A DNA stretch of 41,529 bases from an uncultured Peptococcaceae bacterium (GCA_937873525.1 CALMWJ010000081.1:1-41529), one strand, 5' to 3'; numbered from the stretch's first letter, positions 26,100 to 35,203 are shown. Notes: generated by a model not told the origin, from the sequence alone. Numbers and translations are program-made.

Positions 26100-26612
26100 T
26101 TAGTGCAGGATGCTGCCGTTGTCCTTATAAGCCAGTTTGATGGCCTTCAGTTCTTCTTCAGTCAGAACGTTTTCAGCCTGTCCCCAGCTGCGGACCGCTT
26201 TGACGTAGGTACGGCTCTGTTCCTGGGTGAAAATCCCGGTGACGACAAAGCCGCTGCCCGCGTCGTTCAGAACCGCCAGGCTATAGCTTAGATTGCCGTT
26301 GTTTTCCTTAAATGCGTCGTATCGGACCAGCCCCAGCCTTCTCAGGTTCCGGTCGCTCAGACGTTGAAAACCCTTGACCGCTTCCCGGATCTCCTGATGC
26401 TCCACATTCAGTTGGTTCAAGGTGTTGCGATGCTCCACCAGCATGGTTTCCAAATCATGGCCTCGGCTGCCCTGAAGCATGGCATTCAGCCGTTTTTCGA
26501 GTCTGGAATGCCTGACATGCAAAAGGATCTGGCTGCAAACCAGCAAAAAAACCAGGCTCCCGCCGAAGGCAAGCAGAATCTGTTGGGGGTCCCATTGGCT
26601 GAAAAAGGTCAT
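26100..26612 (-). CDS. DUF4446 family protein
   Basis: N-terminal TM, GLVRYDAF..LSYSLAVL..GFVVTGIF..RTYVK..LTEEELKAI. Confidence 0.85.
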   Translation of the reverse strand: MTFFSQWDPQQILLAFGGSLVFLLVCSQILLHVRHSRLEKRLNAMLQGSRGHDLETMLVEHRNTLNQLNVEHQEIREAVKGFQRLSDRNLRRLGLVRYDAFKENNGNLSYSLAVLNDAGSGFVVTGIFTQEQSRTYVKAVRSWGQAENVLTEEELKAIKLAYKDNGSILH

Positions 26613-26632
26613 GATGATCGTCCTCTCAAATG

Positions 26633-27313
26633 TTATGCTTTCCAGAAAGCTGCCATGAGACCGGCCAGCAGTAAGGCCGGCAGCATATTGGCCGTTTTAT
26701 ACTTTTTGATTTCCAACAGGTTCAGCGCGATGGCAACGATCAGCATACCCCCGGTGGCCGTCATCTCCGTGATGATCGATTCCGTGAAGTATTGCTGCAC
26801 CCATTGGGCGGAGAGGACGATCGCCCCCTGATACGCCAGGACCGACAACGACGAGGCAATGACGCCCCAGCCGATGGTCACGCTCAGGACCACCGCAAAG
26901 ATTCCGTCGATCACCGCTTTGGTGATCAGAATGCTGTGATCACCTGCCAGTCCGCTCTGGATGCTGCCCATGATCCCCATGGGACCGATACAGAAAAGCA
27001 AGCTGGCATAAACGAAGCCTCGGTTGAAGCCCTCTCCCCGGGTGGACAATCTGCTCTCCACCCAAAGGCCGAAACGGTCCATCCACCCCTCGATGTCCAG
27101 CCAATGCCCAAGAAGGCTTCCCAGGGTTAAACTGACAATCATTATAATGAAGTTGTCGGCCTGCAGTCCCATTTGCAGTCCCAGAAGGAGCAGCGCCAGG
27201 CTGGCCGCGCCGATGGCGGCTTCCTGATAAGCGCTTTTCAGGTTTTTCCCCAGCAGCAAGCCGGCAAGGGATCCGAAAAAAATCGCTCCCCCATTGATCA
27301 AATTCCCCAGCAT
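26633..27313 (-). CDS. DUF554 family membrane protein
   Basis: MLGNLING start, SLLFCIGPMGIMGSI, KAVIDG, ANMLPAL. Confidence 0.9.
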   Translation of the reverse strand: MLGNLINGGAIFFGSLAGLLLGKNLKSAYQEAAIGAASLALLLLGLQMGLQADNFIIMIVSLTLGSLLGHWLDIEGWMDRFGLWVESRLSTRGEGFNRGFVYASLLFCIGPMGIMGSIQSGLAGDHSILITKAVIDGIFAVVLSVTIGWGVIASSLSVLAYQGAIVLSAQWVQQYFTESIITEMTATGGMLIVAIALNLLEIKKYKTANMLPALLLAGLMAAFWKA

Positions 27314-27441
27314 GTTTTGGACCTCGAATCTTATGGCATTATCGGCCGGCCGCAGCCCCCGCGCTCGATCATCTGACGAAACCTATTATAGCATGGATCA
27401 AAACGGTTTGTTAGCTTGGAATTTTCCATCCGGAGAGAGAC

Positions 27442-27524
27442 CTAGGGGGCACGGATACGATCCGTGCCCCCTAGCAATCCTTTTTCCCCGGGTTATCGGT
27501 GATGGCGGCTCGAGCCGCCATCAC
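27442..27524. repeat. Two perfect GC-rich palindromes downstream of hydA
   Basis: CTAGGGGGCACGGAT-ACG-ATCCGTGCCCCCTAG (27442-27474) and GTGATGGCGGCTCGAGCCGCCATCAC (27499-27524). Confidence 0.8.
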
Positions 27525-27541
27525 GCCAGCATCCGTCAGCC

Positions 27542-29320
27542 CTATTTCGCAGGCTGGTCGGGAATCTCGACGCTATACTTGGGCCGCTTGACATAGTGGG
27601 TGTGCAACAGATGATGGGATTTTTCGCTGAGGGGCTTGCCCAGATACTTCTCGTAAATCTCGATGATTTCAGGATTCTCATGAGATTTGCGAATGGCCTT
27701 TGACTCGTCCACTGCGTAAATGGCTTTATGTCGCAGAACCTGGTAGTCTTCGGGCAGATTCAGGCGCTGGGGCCCGGTGACGATGGGCTGTCCGCCGCCG
27801 CCCACGCAGCCGCCGGGACAGGCCATGATTTCGATGAAGTGATAGTCTCCCTCTCCGGAACGGACCCGGTCCAGGAGGTCCGCCGCATTCTGCAGACCGT
27901 GGGCCACTGCCACCCGAGCCTCGCCGAAGCCGGGAATGTTCACGGTCGCTTCCTTGATGCCTTCCATGCCGCGGACGGAGCAGAATTCCACCTTGTCCAA
28001 GGTTTCGCCGCTGATCACTTCGTAAACCGTTCTCAGGGCCGCTTCCATCACGCCGCCGGTGGCGCCGAAAATAACCGCTGCGCCGGTAGAGGCGCCTAAG
28101 GTTCTGTCAAAATCCTCATCCGGCAGATTCGCGAAGTCAATGCCGGCTTTCTTGATCATGCGGGCCAGCTCGCGGGTGGTGATGACCGCGTCCACGTCCT
28201 TGTGGCCGCTATCCTTCAGCTCCGGACGGTCACATTCAAATTTCTTGGCCGTGCAGGGCATGGCGGAAACTGAGTAGATGCTCGCAGGGTCAATGTTGTT
28301 GATCTCTGCATAATAAGTTTTTGACAAGGTGCCGAACATGGCCTGGGGCGATTTTGCAGAGGACAGGTTTTCGATAAACTCCGGATAATTCTGTTCACAG
28401 AACTTGACCCAGCCCGGGCTGCAGGATGTGATCAAGGGCAGCTTGCCGCCAGTGGCGATCCGATGCAGAAGCTCGTTGCCTTCCTCCATGATCGTCAGGT
28501 CCGCGGTGAAGTCTGTGTCAAATACCTTGGCAAAGCCAAGTCGGCGGAGGGCCGCCACCATTTTGCCTGTGACGGGGGTGCCCATGGGCAATCCGAACTC
28601 TTCCCCCAAACCGGCCCGGATGGAAGGCGCCGTCTGGACCACCACATGTTTGGTGGGATCCGCCAAGGCTTTCCAGACCCGTTCGGTATGATCCACTTCT
28701 CTCAAGGCACCCACCGGGCAGACGTTGATGCACTGTCCGCAGTTGGTGCAGTTGACTTCCGCCAGGCCCCGTTTGAAGGCTGGGCCCACGGTGGATTCAA
28801 AGCCGCGGTTGATCAGGCCGAGAACGCCTACATTCTGGACTTGGTTGCAGACCGCCACACAGCGGCGGCAAAGAATACACTTCGAGGCATCCCTCACGAT
28901 AGAAGGGGAAGAAAAATCAATGGGGTATTCTTTTCTTTCTCCCGTAAAGCGCACATGATCAATGCCCATCTGCTGCGACAGCGCCTGGAGCTCGCAATTG
29001 GTGTTGCGGACACAGGTCAGGCAATCCTGGGGGTGGTTGGAAAGCAGCAGTTCAACCACCGCTTTCCGCGCTTCCAGAACAGCCGGCGTATGGGTGTGGA
29101 CTTTCAGCCCCTCGCTGACGGGATAGACGCAGGAAGCCTGCAAGCCCCTGGCGCGTTCGATTTCAACCAGGCAAACGCGGCAGGCACCGATTTGATTGAT
29201 GTCCTTCAGATAGCACAGGGTCGGGATCTGAATGCCCGCCTTCTGAGCCGCCTGCAGAACGGTATAATCAGACGGTACTTGAATCTCAACACCGTCAATG
29301 GTTACCGTTACCATTTCCAT
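27542..29320 (-). CDS. hydA: [FeFe]-hydrogenase catalytic subunit, group A3 (HndD/HydA)
   Basis: N-terminal 2Fe-2S, HxxxCxxC and 2x4Fe-4S motifs; H-cluster motifs TSCSPGW, MPCTAKKFE, EIMACPGGCVGGGGQP; C-terminal LLHTHY. Confidence 0.96.
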   Translation of the reverse strand: MEMVTVTIDGVEIQVPSDYTVLQAAQKAGIQIPTLCYLKDINQIGACRVCLVEIERARGLQASCVYPVSEGLKVHTHTPAVLEARKAVVELLLSNHPQDCLTCVRNTNCELQALSQQMGIDHVRFTGERKEYPIDFSSPSIVRDASKCILCRRCVAVCNQVQNVGVLGLINRGFESTVGPAFKRGLAEVNCTNCGQCINVCPVGALREVDHTERVWKALADPTKHVVVQTAPSIRAGLGEEFGLPMGTPVTGKMVAALRRLGFAKVFDTDFTADLTIMEEGNELLHRIATGGKLPLITSCSPGWVKFCEQNYPEFIENLSSAKSPQAMFGTLSKTYYAEINNIDPASIYSVSAMPCTAKKFECDRPELKDSGHKDVDAVITTRELARMIKKAGIDFANLPDEDFDRTLGASTGAAVIFGATGGVMEAALRTVYEVISGETLDKVEFCSVRGMEGIKEATVNIPGFGEARVAVAHGLQNAADLLDRVRSGEGDYHFIEIMACPGGCVGGGGQPIVTGPQRLNLPEDYQVLRHKAIYAVDESKAIRKSHENPEIIEIYEKYLGKPLSEKSHHLLHTHYVKRPKYSVEIPDQPAK

Positions 29321-29352
29321 AGCATTACACACTCCTTCTCTAAGCCATTGCC

Positions 29353-31146
29353 CTATTCTTTACTGATGGCGCCAAATTTACAGCGGGTGATGCAGTCACC
29401 GCATTTGATGCATTTCTCCACGTCGATCGTGAAGGGTTCTTTGATCTTGCCGGTGATTGCTTCCGCGGGACAGTAGCGGGCACAGAGGCCGCAGCCTTTG
29501 CATTTCTGAGGGTCGATCTTGTAAGACAGCAGCGCCTGGCAGACGCGGGCAGGGCACTTTTTGTCATAGATATGGGCTTCATATTCTTTCCGGAAATGCT
29601 TGATGGTGCTCAGCACCGGATTCGGTGCCGTTTGCCCCAGCGCGCACAGCGAAGCGGATTTGATCGTCGTCGCTAAGGTTTCCAGATTGTCCAAATCCTC
29701 CGGTGTCCCTTTTCCGGTTGTGATCTTGTCCAGGATCTCCAGCATTCTCTTGGTTCCGATCCGGCAGGGGGGACATTTTCCACAGGACTCCTCCTGGGTG
29801 AATTCCAGGAAGAACCGGGCGATGTCCACCATGCAGTTGTCCTCATCCATGACGATCAGACCGCCGGAACCCATCATGGAGCCGGCTGCGGTCAGGTTGT
29901 CATAGTCGATGGGGATATCCAGGTGGGCTTCCGTCAGGCAGCCGCCGGAGGGTCCGCCGGTTTGGGCGGCTTTGAATTTCTTGCCCTTGGGGATTCCGCC
30001 GCCGATATCATAGATGATCGTGCGCAGGGTGGTCCCCATGGGGATCTCGATCAGCCCGATGTTGTTGATTTTTCCGGCCAGAGCGAATACTTTGGTCCCT
30101 TTGCTCTTCTCGGTACCCATGGAAGCAAACCATTCCCAGCCGTTACGGATGATCTTGGTCACATTGGCAAAGGTTTCCACATTATTGATGATGGTGGGCT
30201 TGTCAAAAAGTCCCTTCACAGCGGGGAAAGGCGGTCTCGGCCGGGGTTCGCCGCGGCGGCCTTCAGTGGAAGCCAGCAACGCGGTTTCTTCGCCGCAGAC
30301 AAAGGCGCCGGCGCCCAGACGGATATCGATATTAAAGCAGAAGTCCGTCCCGAAAATATGGTCACCCAGCAAGCCGTATTCTCTGGCCTGCTTGATGGCA
30401 TGCTTCAGGCGTTCCACGGCGATGGGATATTCTGCACGGACATAAATGTATCCCTGGTTTGCTCCAATCGCATAGCCTGCAATCGCCATCGCTTCCAGAA
30501 TGCCATGGGGATCACCTTCCAGAATGCTCCGGTCCATGAACGCACCGGGGTCGCCTTCGTCAGCGTTGCATACCACATATTTCTGATCGTCTTTGGACTT
30601 GTAAGCAAATTCCCATTTGGTCCCGGTGGGGAATCCTCCGCCGCCACGGCCGCGAAGTCCGGATTTCTTGATGATGTCGATCACTTCCAGGGGGGTCAGG
30701 TCCTTCAGGCAATGAGCCAGTGCAAAGTAACCGTCCTGTGCAATATATTCTTCAATGTTTTCAGGGTCGATCAAGCCGCAGTTATGCAGGGCCACTCTTT
30801 TCTGATGCTTGAAGAATTCGATGTTTTCCATCTCCACCACATCGGTGGTTTCTTTTTCATGCTGATACAGAAGGCGTTCTACGGGGCGCCCTTTGATAAA
30901 GTGCTCTTCCACGATCTGGGCTGCGTCCTGAGGTTTGACCTGGCAATAGAACGTCCCTTCAGGATAGACGACCATGATCGGTCCTAAATTACAGAAGCCA
31001 AAGCAGCCGGTCTCAATGACCTTGACCTCTTTTTCAAGGCCTCTCTTGATAATTTCCTCGTATAAGTTCTGTCTCAGCAAACGGCTATCCATTGAAGTAC
31101 AGCCTGTTCCGGCGCAGACCAATACGTGAGTACGGTAAAACTCCAT
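29353..31146 (-). CDS. hydB: NuoF-like FMN/NADH-binding hydrogenase subunit (HndC/HydB)
   Basis: GLRGRGGGGFPTG, CNADEGDPGAFMDR, GAFVCGEETAL, ESCGKCPPCR; N-terminal 2Fe-2S and C-terminal 2x4Fe-4S domains. Confidence 0.95.
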   Translation of the reverse strand: MEFYRTHVLVCAGTGCTSMDSRLLRQNLYEEIIKRGLEKEVKVIETGCFGFCNLGPIMVVYPEGTFYCQVKPQDAAQIVEEHFIKGRPVERLLYQHEKETTDVVEMENIEFFKHQKRVALHNCGLIDPENIEEYIAQDGYFALAHCLKDLTPLEVIDIIKKSGLRGRGGGGFPTGTKWEFAYKSKDDQKYVVCNADEGDPGAFMDRSILEGDPHGILEAMAIAGYAIGANQGYIYVRAEYPIAVERLKHAIKQAREYGLLGDHIFGTDFCFNIDIRLGAGAFVCGEETALLASTEGRRGEPRPRPPFPAVKGLFDKPTIINNVETFANVTKIIRNGWEWFASMGTEKSKGTKVFALAGKINNIGLIEIPMGTTLRTIIYDIGGGIPKGKKFKAAQTGGPSGGCLTEAHLDIPIDYDNLTAAGSMMGSGGLIVMDEDNCMVDIARFFLEFTQEESCGKCPPCRIGTKRMLEILDKITTGKGTPEDLDNLETLATTIKSASLCALGQTAPNPVLSTIKHFRKEYEAHIYDKKCPARVCQALLSYKIDPQKCKGCGLCARYCPAEAITGKIKEPFTIDVEKCIKCGDCITRCKFGAISKE

Positions 31147-31179
31147 GGCACTATTCCTCCTATCTTGAGCCGCAAATGA

Positions 31180-31545
31180 TTAGTCTTGGCGGTTTAAAAG
31201 CCATTCACTGATGGGCTGATGATTGATCACGTGACGCACGACAATGCTCCTGGCTCTATCGGGCGTTACCTTCAGATAGATATAAGGTGTTTCTCCAGGC
31301 ATGGTCACCGTCACCAGCGGTTCATTCACACACATTCCTGGACAACCGCTTTGAACGACATGGATGTCTTTGATTTGGCGTGTTTCGATTTCTTCAAGAA
31401 TCGCGGTCAAGGCTTCCCGGGCGCCGCTGGCGATCCCGCAGGTCCCCATATGCACATTGATGGTCGGAACACCTTTTTCACTTCGGCTGACCACGTCGCC
31501 AATCTTCTTGGCTTTTATGGCTCTAAGCTCTTCAATGCTTTTCAT
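31180..31545 (-). CDS. Thioredoxin-like [2Fe-2S] ferredoxin subunit (HndB/HydD)
   Basis: MKSIEELR start, MGTCGIASGA, SGCPGMCVNEP. Confidence 0.9.
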   Translation of the reverse strand: MKSIEELRAIKAKKIGDVVSRSEKGVPTINVHMGTCGIASGAREALTAILEEIETRQIKDIHVVQSGCPGMCVNEPLVTVTMPGETPYIYLKVTPDRARSIVVRHVINHQPISEWLLNRQD

Positions 31546-31578
31546 GGCTGTAAGACTCCTTCCTATGCTGCAATCGGA

Positions 31579-32064
31579 TTATTCGAATTGGGCGAGAATG
31601 CCCGCCACATCATCGGTTGTCAATCGGCCGAAAACCTTGCCGTTCACATTCAGAACCGGCGCCAAACCGCAAGCGCCCAAGCAGCGGCAACCCGCCAAGG
31701 TAAAGCGCCCATCCGGCGTGGTTTGTCCGACCTTGATTTTCAACTGTTTTTCAAATTCAGCAACAATTTCTCCGGCGCCCTTGACGTAGCAGGCCGTTCC
31801 GAGACAAATGCTGATTTTGTATTTTCCGATAGGCTCTGTGGTAAACAGGGAGTAGAACGTGACGACGCCGTAAATCTTGCTTAATGGAATTCCCATGGCT
31901 TCTGCCAGATAGGCTTGCACATCCTCCGGCAAAAAGCCCAGGAAGTGTTGGATCTGCTCGAGGTTTTGGATGAGCATCGATTCATCGCGACCGTTTTGAT
32001 CCAGAATCTGGTCGATTTTGACAAACCGTTCATCCTTGCATGCAGAACCGCATTGACAACTCAT
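31579..32064 (-). CDS. hydC: NuoE-like [2Fe-2S] subunit (HndA/HydC)
   Basis: YGVVTFYSLF, CLGTACYVKG, CLGACGLAP; start MSCQC after AAGGGGG. Confidence 0.93.
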   Translation of the reverse strand: MSCQCGSACKDERFVKIDQILDQNGRDESMLIQNLEQIQHFLGFLPEDVQAYLAEAMGIPLSKIYGVVTFYSLFTTEPIGKYKISICLGTACYVKGAGEIVAEFEKQLKIKVGQTTPDGRFTLAGCRCLGACGLAPVLNVNGKVFGRLTTDDVAGILAQFE

Positions 32065-32161
32065 AGCTATTTCCCCCTTATGCTTGATCATTATCCTTGC
32101 CCGCTGGCCGCAGACGAAGCGTCTTCGGCCATTTTGAAAACAATTAATATCTTTGGGTACT

Positions 32162-32179
32162 TTGTGAATGTCTTAACTT
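32162..32179. promoter_or_regulatory. Putative Rex operator upstream of the hydrogenase operon
   Basis: TTGTGAA-TGTC-TTAACTT versus Rex consensus TTGT(G/T)AA-N4-TT(C/A)ACAA, 12/14. Confidence 0.55.
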
Positions 32180-32384
32180 TCTTAAGCAAAAAAAAGCATA
32201 TCCGAATGATTCCCAAGCGCTTCTTTTGCTGCGATAAAACTGCGATCGGTGTTCGATTGGCCGGCAACAGGCCCCTATGCGTCGCCGGCGGGACAAAATT
32301 TTAATATGCTCTGCGTATTCAGTTGTAAAAATCATCCACTTTGCCAGACCTGAACATGATGTGTTTTTCTTCTTCACCCCTTTT

Positions 32385-33359
32385 TCAGTCAATTTCCCCA
32401 TATCCCGTAAAAAGCGTCAAAATGCGATCTAAATCATCTTGATGATAATACTCAATGATGATTTTCCCTCCCTTTGCACTTTGAACAACCTCGACTTTTG
32501 TGTTGATTCGTTCCCTCAAAACGCGCTCTATTTCTTTCAATTCCACCGGCATCGTGCTTTGAGCGCTGTCGCTTTTGTTTTCCTGGGCCATTTTTTCTTT
32601 AGAAGCGGTAATCTGGCCCGTTAATATTTCTTGCGGCATTTCCGGAAGGTTCGCGTTGGAGGGAAACTGGTCGGGCAACGTTGGCTCAGAGGCGGCATGG
32701 ACCCAGGCCTCAGCTTCCCGGACTGTTGCCTTTTGTTCAACCATGATGTCCGCCAATCGCTCAGCTTCCTCCTGCGGAAGTGTCAGCAATGGCCGCACAT
32801 GGCCGGTCGTGAGTTTTCCCTGGGCGAGTTGGTTTAGAATTTTCGTGGAGAGATTCAGCAGCCGCATGCTGTTTGCAATAAAAGAACGGCTTTTTGATAC
32901 GCGTTTTGCAATCTGTTCCTGGGTCAATCCAAATTCTTCCGATAATTTTTTGTAGGCAATGGCCTCTTCCACCGGATTCAGGTCTTCCCGTTGAATGTTC
33001 TCAATGAGCGCGATTTCCATCATTTCGTCATCGCTATAGGTTTTGACGACCGCCGGGATCGTTGTCAAGCCCGCTGCCTGGGAAGCCCTCAATCGACGTT
33101 CACCGGCCACCAGCTGATAGCCGCCCTCATCGGTTTTGCGCAAAAGAACCGGCTGGACAACCCCATGCCTTTTGATCGATTCTGTCAGTTCGGCCAATTT
33201 CTCTGGATCGAATTCCCTTCTTGGCTGATAAGGGTTTGTTGTAATTTTCACAATCGGTATTTCGCTGGTCTCGCCGTTTTCCAGCGCGACATCAGGTTCT
33301 TGCGGTATGAGTGCGGATAGGCCTTTGCCTAAGCCGCCCTTTCCTTTAGGATTCGACAC
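32385..33359 (-). CDS. parB: Chromosome partition protein ParB/Spo0J
   Basis: GLGKGLSALI ParA-activating peptide, NPYQPR, AGERRLRA, ENIQREDL, HTH; GTG start overlapping the parA end. Confidence 0.96.
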   Translation of the reverse strand: MSNPKGKGGLGKGLSALIPQEPDVALENGETSEIPIVKITTNPYQPRREFDPEKLAELTESIKRHGVVQPVLLRKTDEGGYQLVAGERRLRASQAAGLTTIPAVVKTYSDDEMMEIALIENIQREDLNPVEEAIAYKKLSEEFGLTQEQIAKRVSKSRSFIANSMRLLNLSTKILNQLAQGKLTTGHVRPLLTLPQEEAERLADIMVEQKATVREAEAWVHAASEPTLPDQFPSNANLPEMPQEILTGQITASKEKMAQENKSDSAQSTMPVELKEIERVLRERINTKVEVVQSAKGGKIIIEYYHQDDLDRILTLFTGYGEID

Positions 33360-34113
33360 GGGCAATTACCTCCTGCGCCAGTTTTTTATATTGTTCTGCG
33401 CCTTTGGACCTTGCATCATAGATTGCGATCGGCACGCCGTAACTGGGCGCTTCGCTGAGTCGGACATTTCTTGAAATTCCTTGTTCAAAGACTTTGTCTT
33501 TGAAGAAGCTCCTGACCTCATCAGCCACTTGACTAGACAGGTTCGTTCGAAAATCCTGCATGGTCAGTAAAGCTCCGAAAATTTGCAGCCTGGGATTCAG
33601 ATGTTTTCGCACAAGATTAATTGTGTTCAACAACTGTCCAAGACCTTCCAGTGCGTAGTATTCGCATTGAACCGGGATCAATGCGCCATTGGAGGCCGTC
33701 AAACCATTGAGTGTCAGCAATCCCAGAGATGGGGGGCAATCGATGAGAATGAAATCAAATCGGGCCTGGATCTGGGATAACGCATCCTTTAGTTTTTTCT
33801 CGCGGTTGGTCATCCCGACCAACTCAACCTCCGCCCCTGCCAGCTGAATCGTTGCCGGCAGAATTTTAAGGCCATCGATTTCAGTGTCGAGCCATGCGCG
33901 TTCAATGGGGTATTCGTTGATAATCACATCATAGATGCAGTGCATCCCTGACTTCTTCTGGATACCCATTCCGCTGGTGGCGTTACCCTGGGGATCCAAA
34001 TCAACCAAAAGCACCTTCTTTCCTTCCAGGGCTAGGGCGGCTGATAGATTCACTGCCGTCGTTGTTTTCGCTACGCCGCCCTTCTGGTTGGCTATGGTCA
34101 GTATGATCCCCAT
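33346..34113 (-). CDS. parA: ParA/Soj ATPase
   Basis: NQKGGVAKTTT deviant Walker A, DLDPQGNAT, DCPPSLG, QCEYYALEG; start MGII after GGAGG. Confidence 0.97.
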   Translation of the reverse strand: MGIILTIANQKGGVAKTTTAVNLSAALALEGKKVLLVDLDPQGNATSGMGIQKKSGMHCIYDVIINEYPIERAWLDTEIDGLKILPATIQLAGAEVELVGMTNREKKLKDALSQIQARFDFILIDCPPSLGLLTLNGLTASNGALIPVQCEYYALEGLGQLLNTINLVRKHLNPRLQIFGALLTMQDFRTNLSSQVADEVRSFFKDKVFEQGISRNVRLSEAPSYGVPIAIYDARSKGAEQYKKLAQEVIARVES

Positions 34114-34149
34114 GTTTTCCTCCAAAGTGCATTCCAAGGATTCTCCGAA

Positions 34150-34165
34150 TGTTTCACGTGAAACA
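34150..34165. promoter_or_regulatory. parS centromere site
   Basis: Perfect palindrome TGTTTCACGTGAAACA, the canonical parS consensus. Confidence 0.95.
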
Positions 34166-34194
34166 ATTATACGGCTTATCTCGATTCGGTACAA
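34166..34194 (-). promoter_or_regulatory. Sigma-A promoter of parAB
   Basis: TTGTAC-N17-TATAAT, -10 box directly adjacent to parS. Confidence 0.7.
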
Positions 34195-34205
34195 TCCCAA
34201 AATTG

Positions 34206-35093
34206 TTAATTTTGTGAATCTTCTTTCTTGATCCGTGGCAACTGAATGGTCACCTCAATATAGTCGTCATGGTCGGTCTGTGTCATTTTTATCGGCAAAC
34301 CGGCTTCCTCGATGGTGGCAACGGCTGATTTGATGGTGTTGATGTATATCCTCATGTCCCTGAAAATTCTTTTGATGCGCTGGCGCTTTTCGGGCGGTGC
34401 GTCTTCCATGTGGATCTCTTCTTCGGTTAAAATCGCCTTTCCAGCTAAATAATCCTCAATAAGAAGCTCTGTCTGGCGAACCGTAAGCTCATGTTCATAA
34501 ATTTCCTTGAGAATCATCAGCTGATCATTCGGGGTATTCAGCTTGAGCAAGGCTCGGATGTGGCGTTCTGACAAAAGTTCAACCATCACGTTTTCCCGGA
34601 CGGCGGGGTCCAGTTTGAGGATGCGCAGCTTATTAGCGATGGTGGGTTGGCTTTTTCCAACACGTTGGGCAACTTCCTCCTGGGTAAGGCTGAATTCCTC
34701 GATCAGTTTGCGATACCCCTCGGCCTCCTCGAAATAACTGAGGTCCGCTCTCTGAAGGTTTTCAACCAAAGCGACCTCTGCCAGTTCCCGATCCGAAAAC
34801 TCACGGATGACCGCCGGAATCTGCTTAAGCCCGGCTCTTTGAGATGCACGAAAACGACGTTCCCCGGCAACAATTTCGTAGACCTCTCCGCGGGAACGCA
34901 CTAAAATAGGCTGGATCACTCCCAGTTCCCTAATGGAACGGGCGAGCTCATCCAGCTGTATGGTGTCAAAGTATTTTCGCGGCTGGAAAGGATTCGGGAC
35001 TAGTTTATCGATATCAAGATCCATGACTTGGTCAACAACAGGATCACTCTCGCGAGAAAAGCCCAAAAACTTTGAGATGGTATCCTTGGCCAA
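34206..35093 (-). CDS. noc: Nucleoid occlusion protein (ParB paralogue)
   Basis: N-terminal amphipathic MAKDTISKFLGF, AGERRFRA, QPTIANKLR, DMRIYINTI; between rsmG and parA; TTG start after AGGAGG. Confidence 0.9.
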   Translation of the reverse strand: MAKDTISKFLGFSRESDPVVDQVMDLDIDKLVPNPFQPRKYFDTIQLDELARSIRELGVIQPILVRSRGEVYEIVAGERRFRASQRAGLKQIPAVIREFSDRELAEVALVENLQRADLSYFEEAEGYRKLIEEFSLTQEEVAQRVGKSQPTIANKLRILKLDPAVRENVMVELLSERHIRALLKLNTPNDQLMILKEIYEHELTVRQTELLIEDYLAGKAILTEEEIHMEDAPPEKRQRIKRIFRDMRIYINTIKSAVATIEEAGLPIKMTQTDHDDYIEVTIQLPRIKKEDSQN

Positions 35094-35121
35094 TATACTC
35101 CCTCCTTGTGCAATGTGTACT

Positions 35122-35149
35122 ATTCGCCTTTTTGTTTTTAATATCCTTC
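35122..35149 (-). promoter_or_regulatory. Sigma-H-type promoter upstream of noc
   Basis: GAAGGATAT-N12-GGCGAAT fits RNAGGAWWW-N11/12-RNNGAAT. Confidence 0.65.
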
Positions 35150-35203
35150 TCGAGGACATAAAATATTAACTTTAATTAAGTTTTTATAGCCGGCATCGAT
35201 GGG

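Noticed and set aside
29353-32064. Respiratory complex I nuoEF genes
   Set aside because: No membrane nuo genes nearby; adjacent to an H-cluster subunit, so they are hydrogenase subunits.
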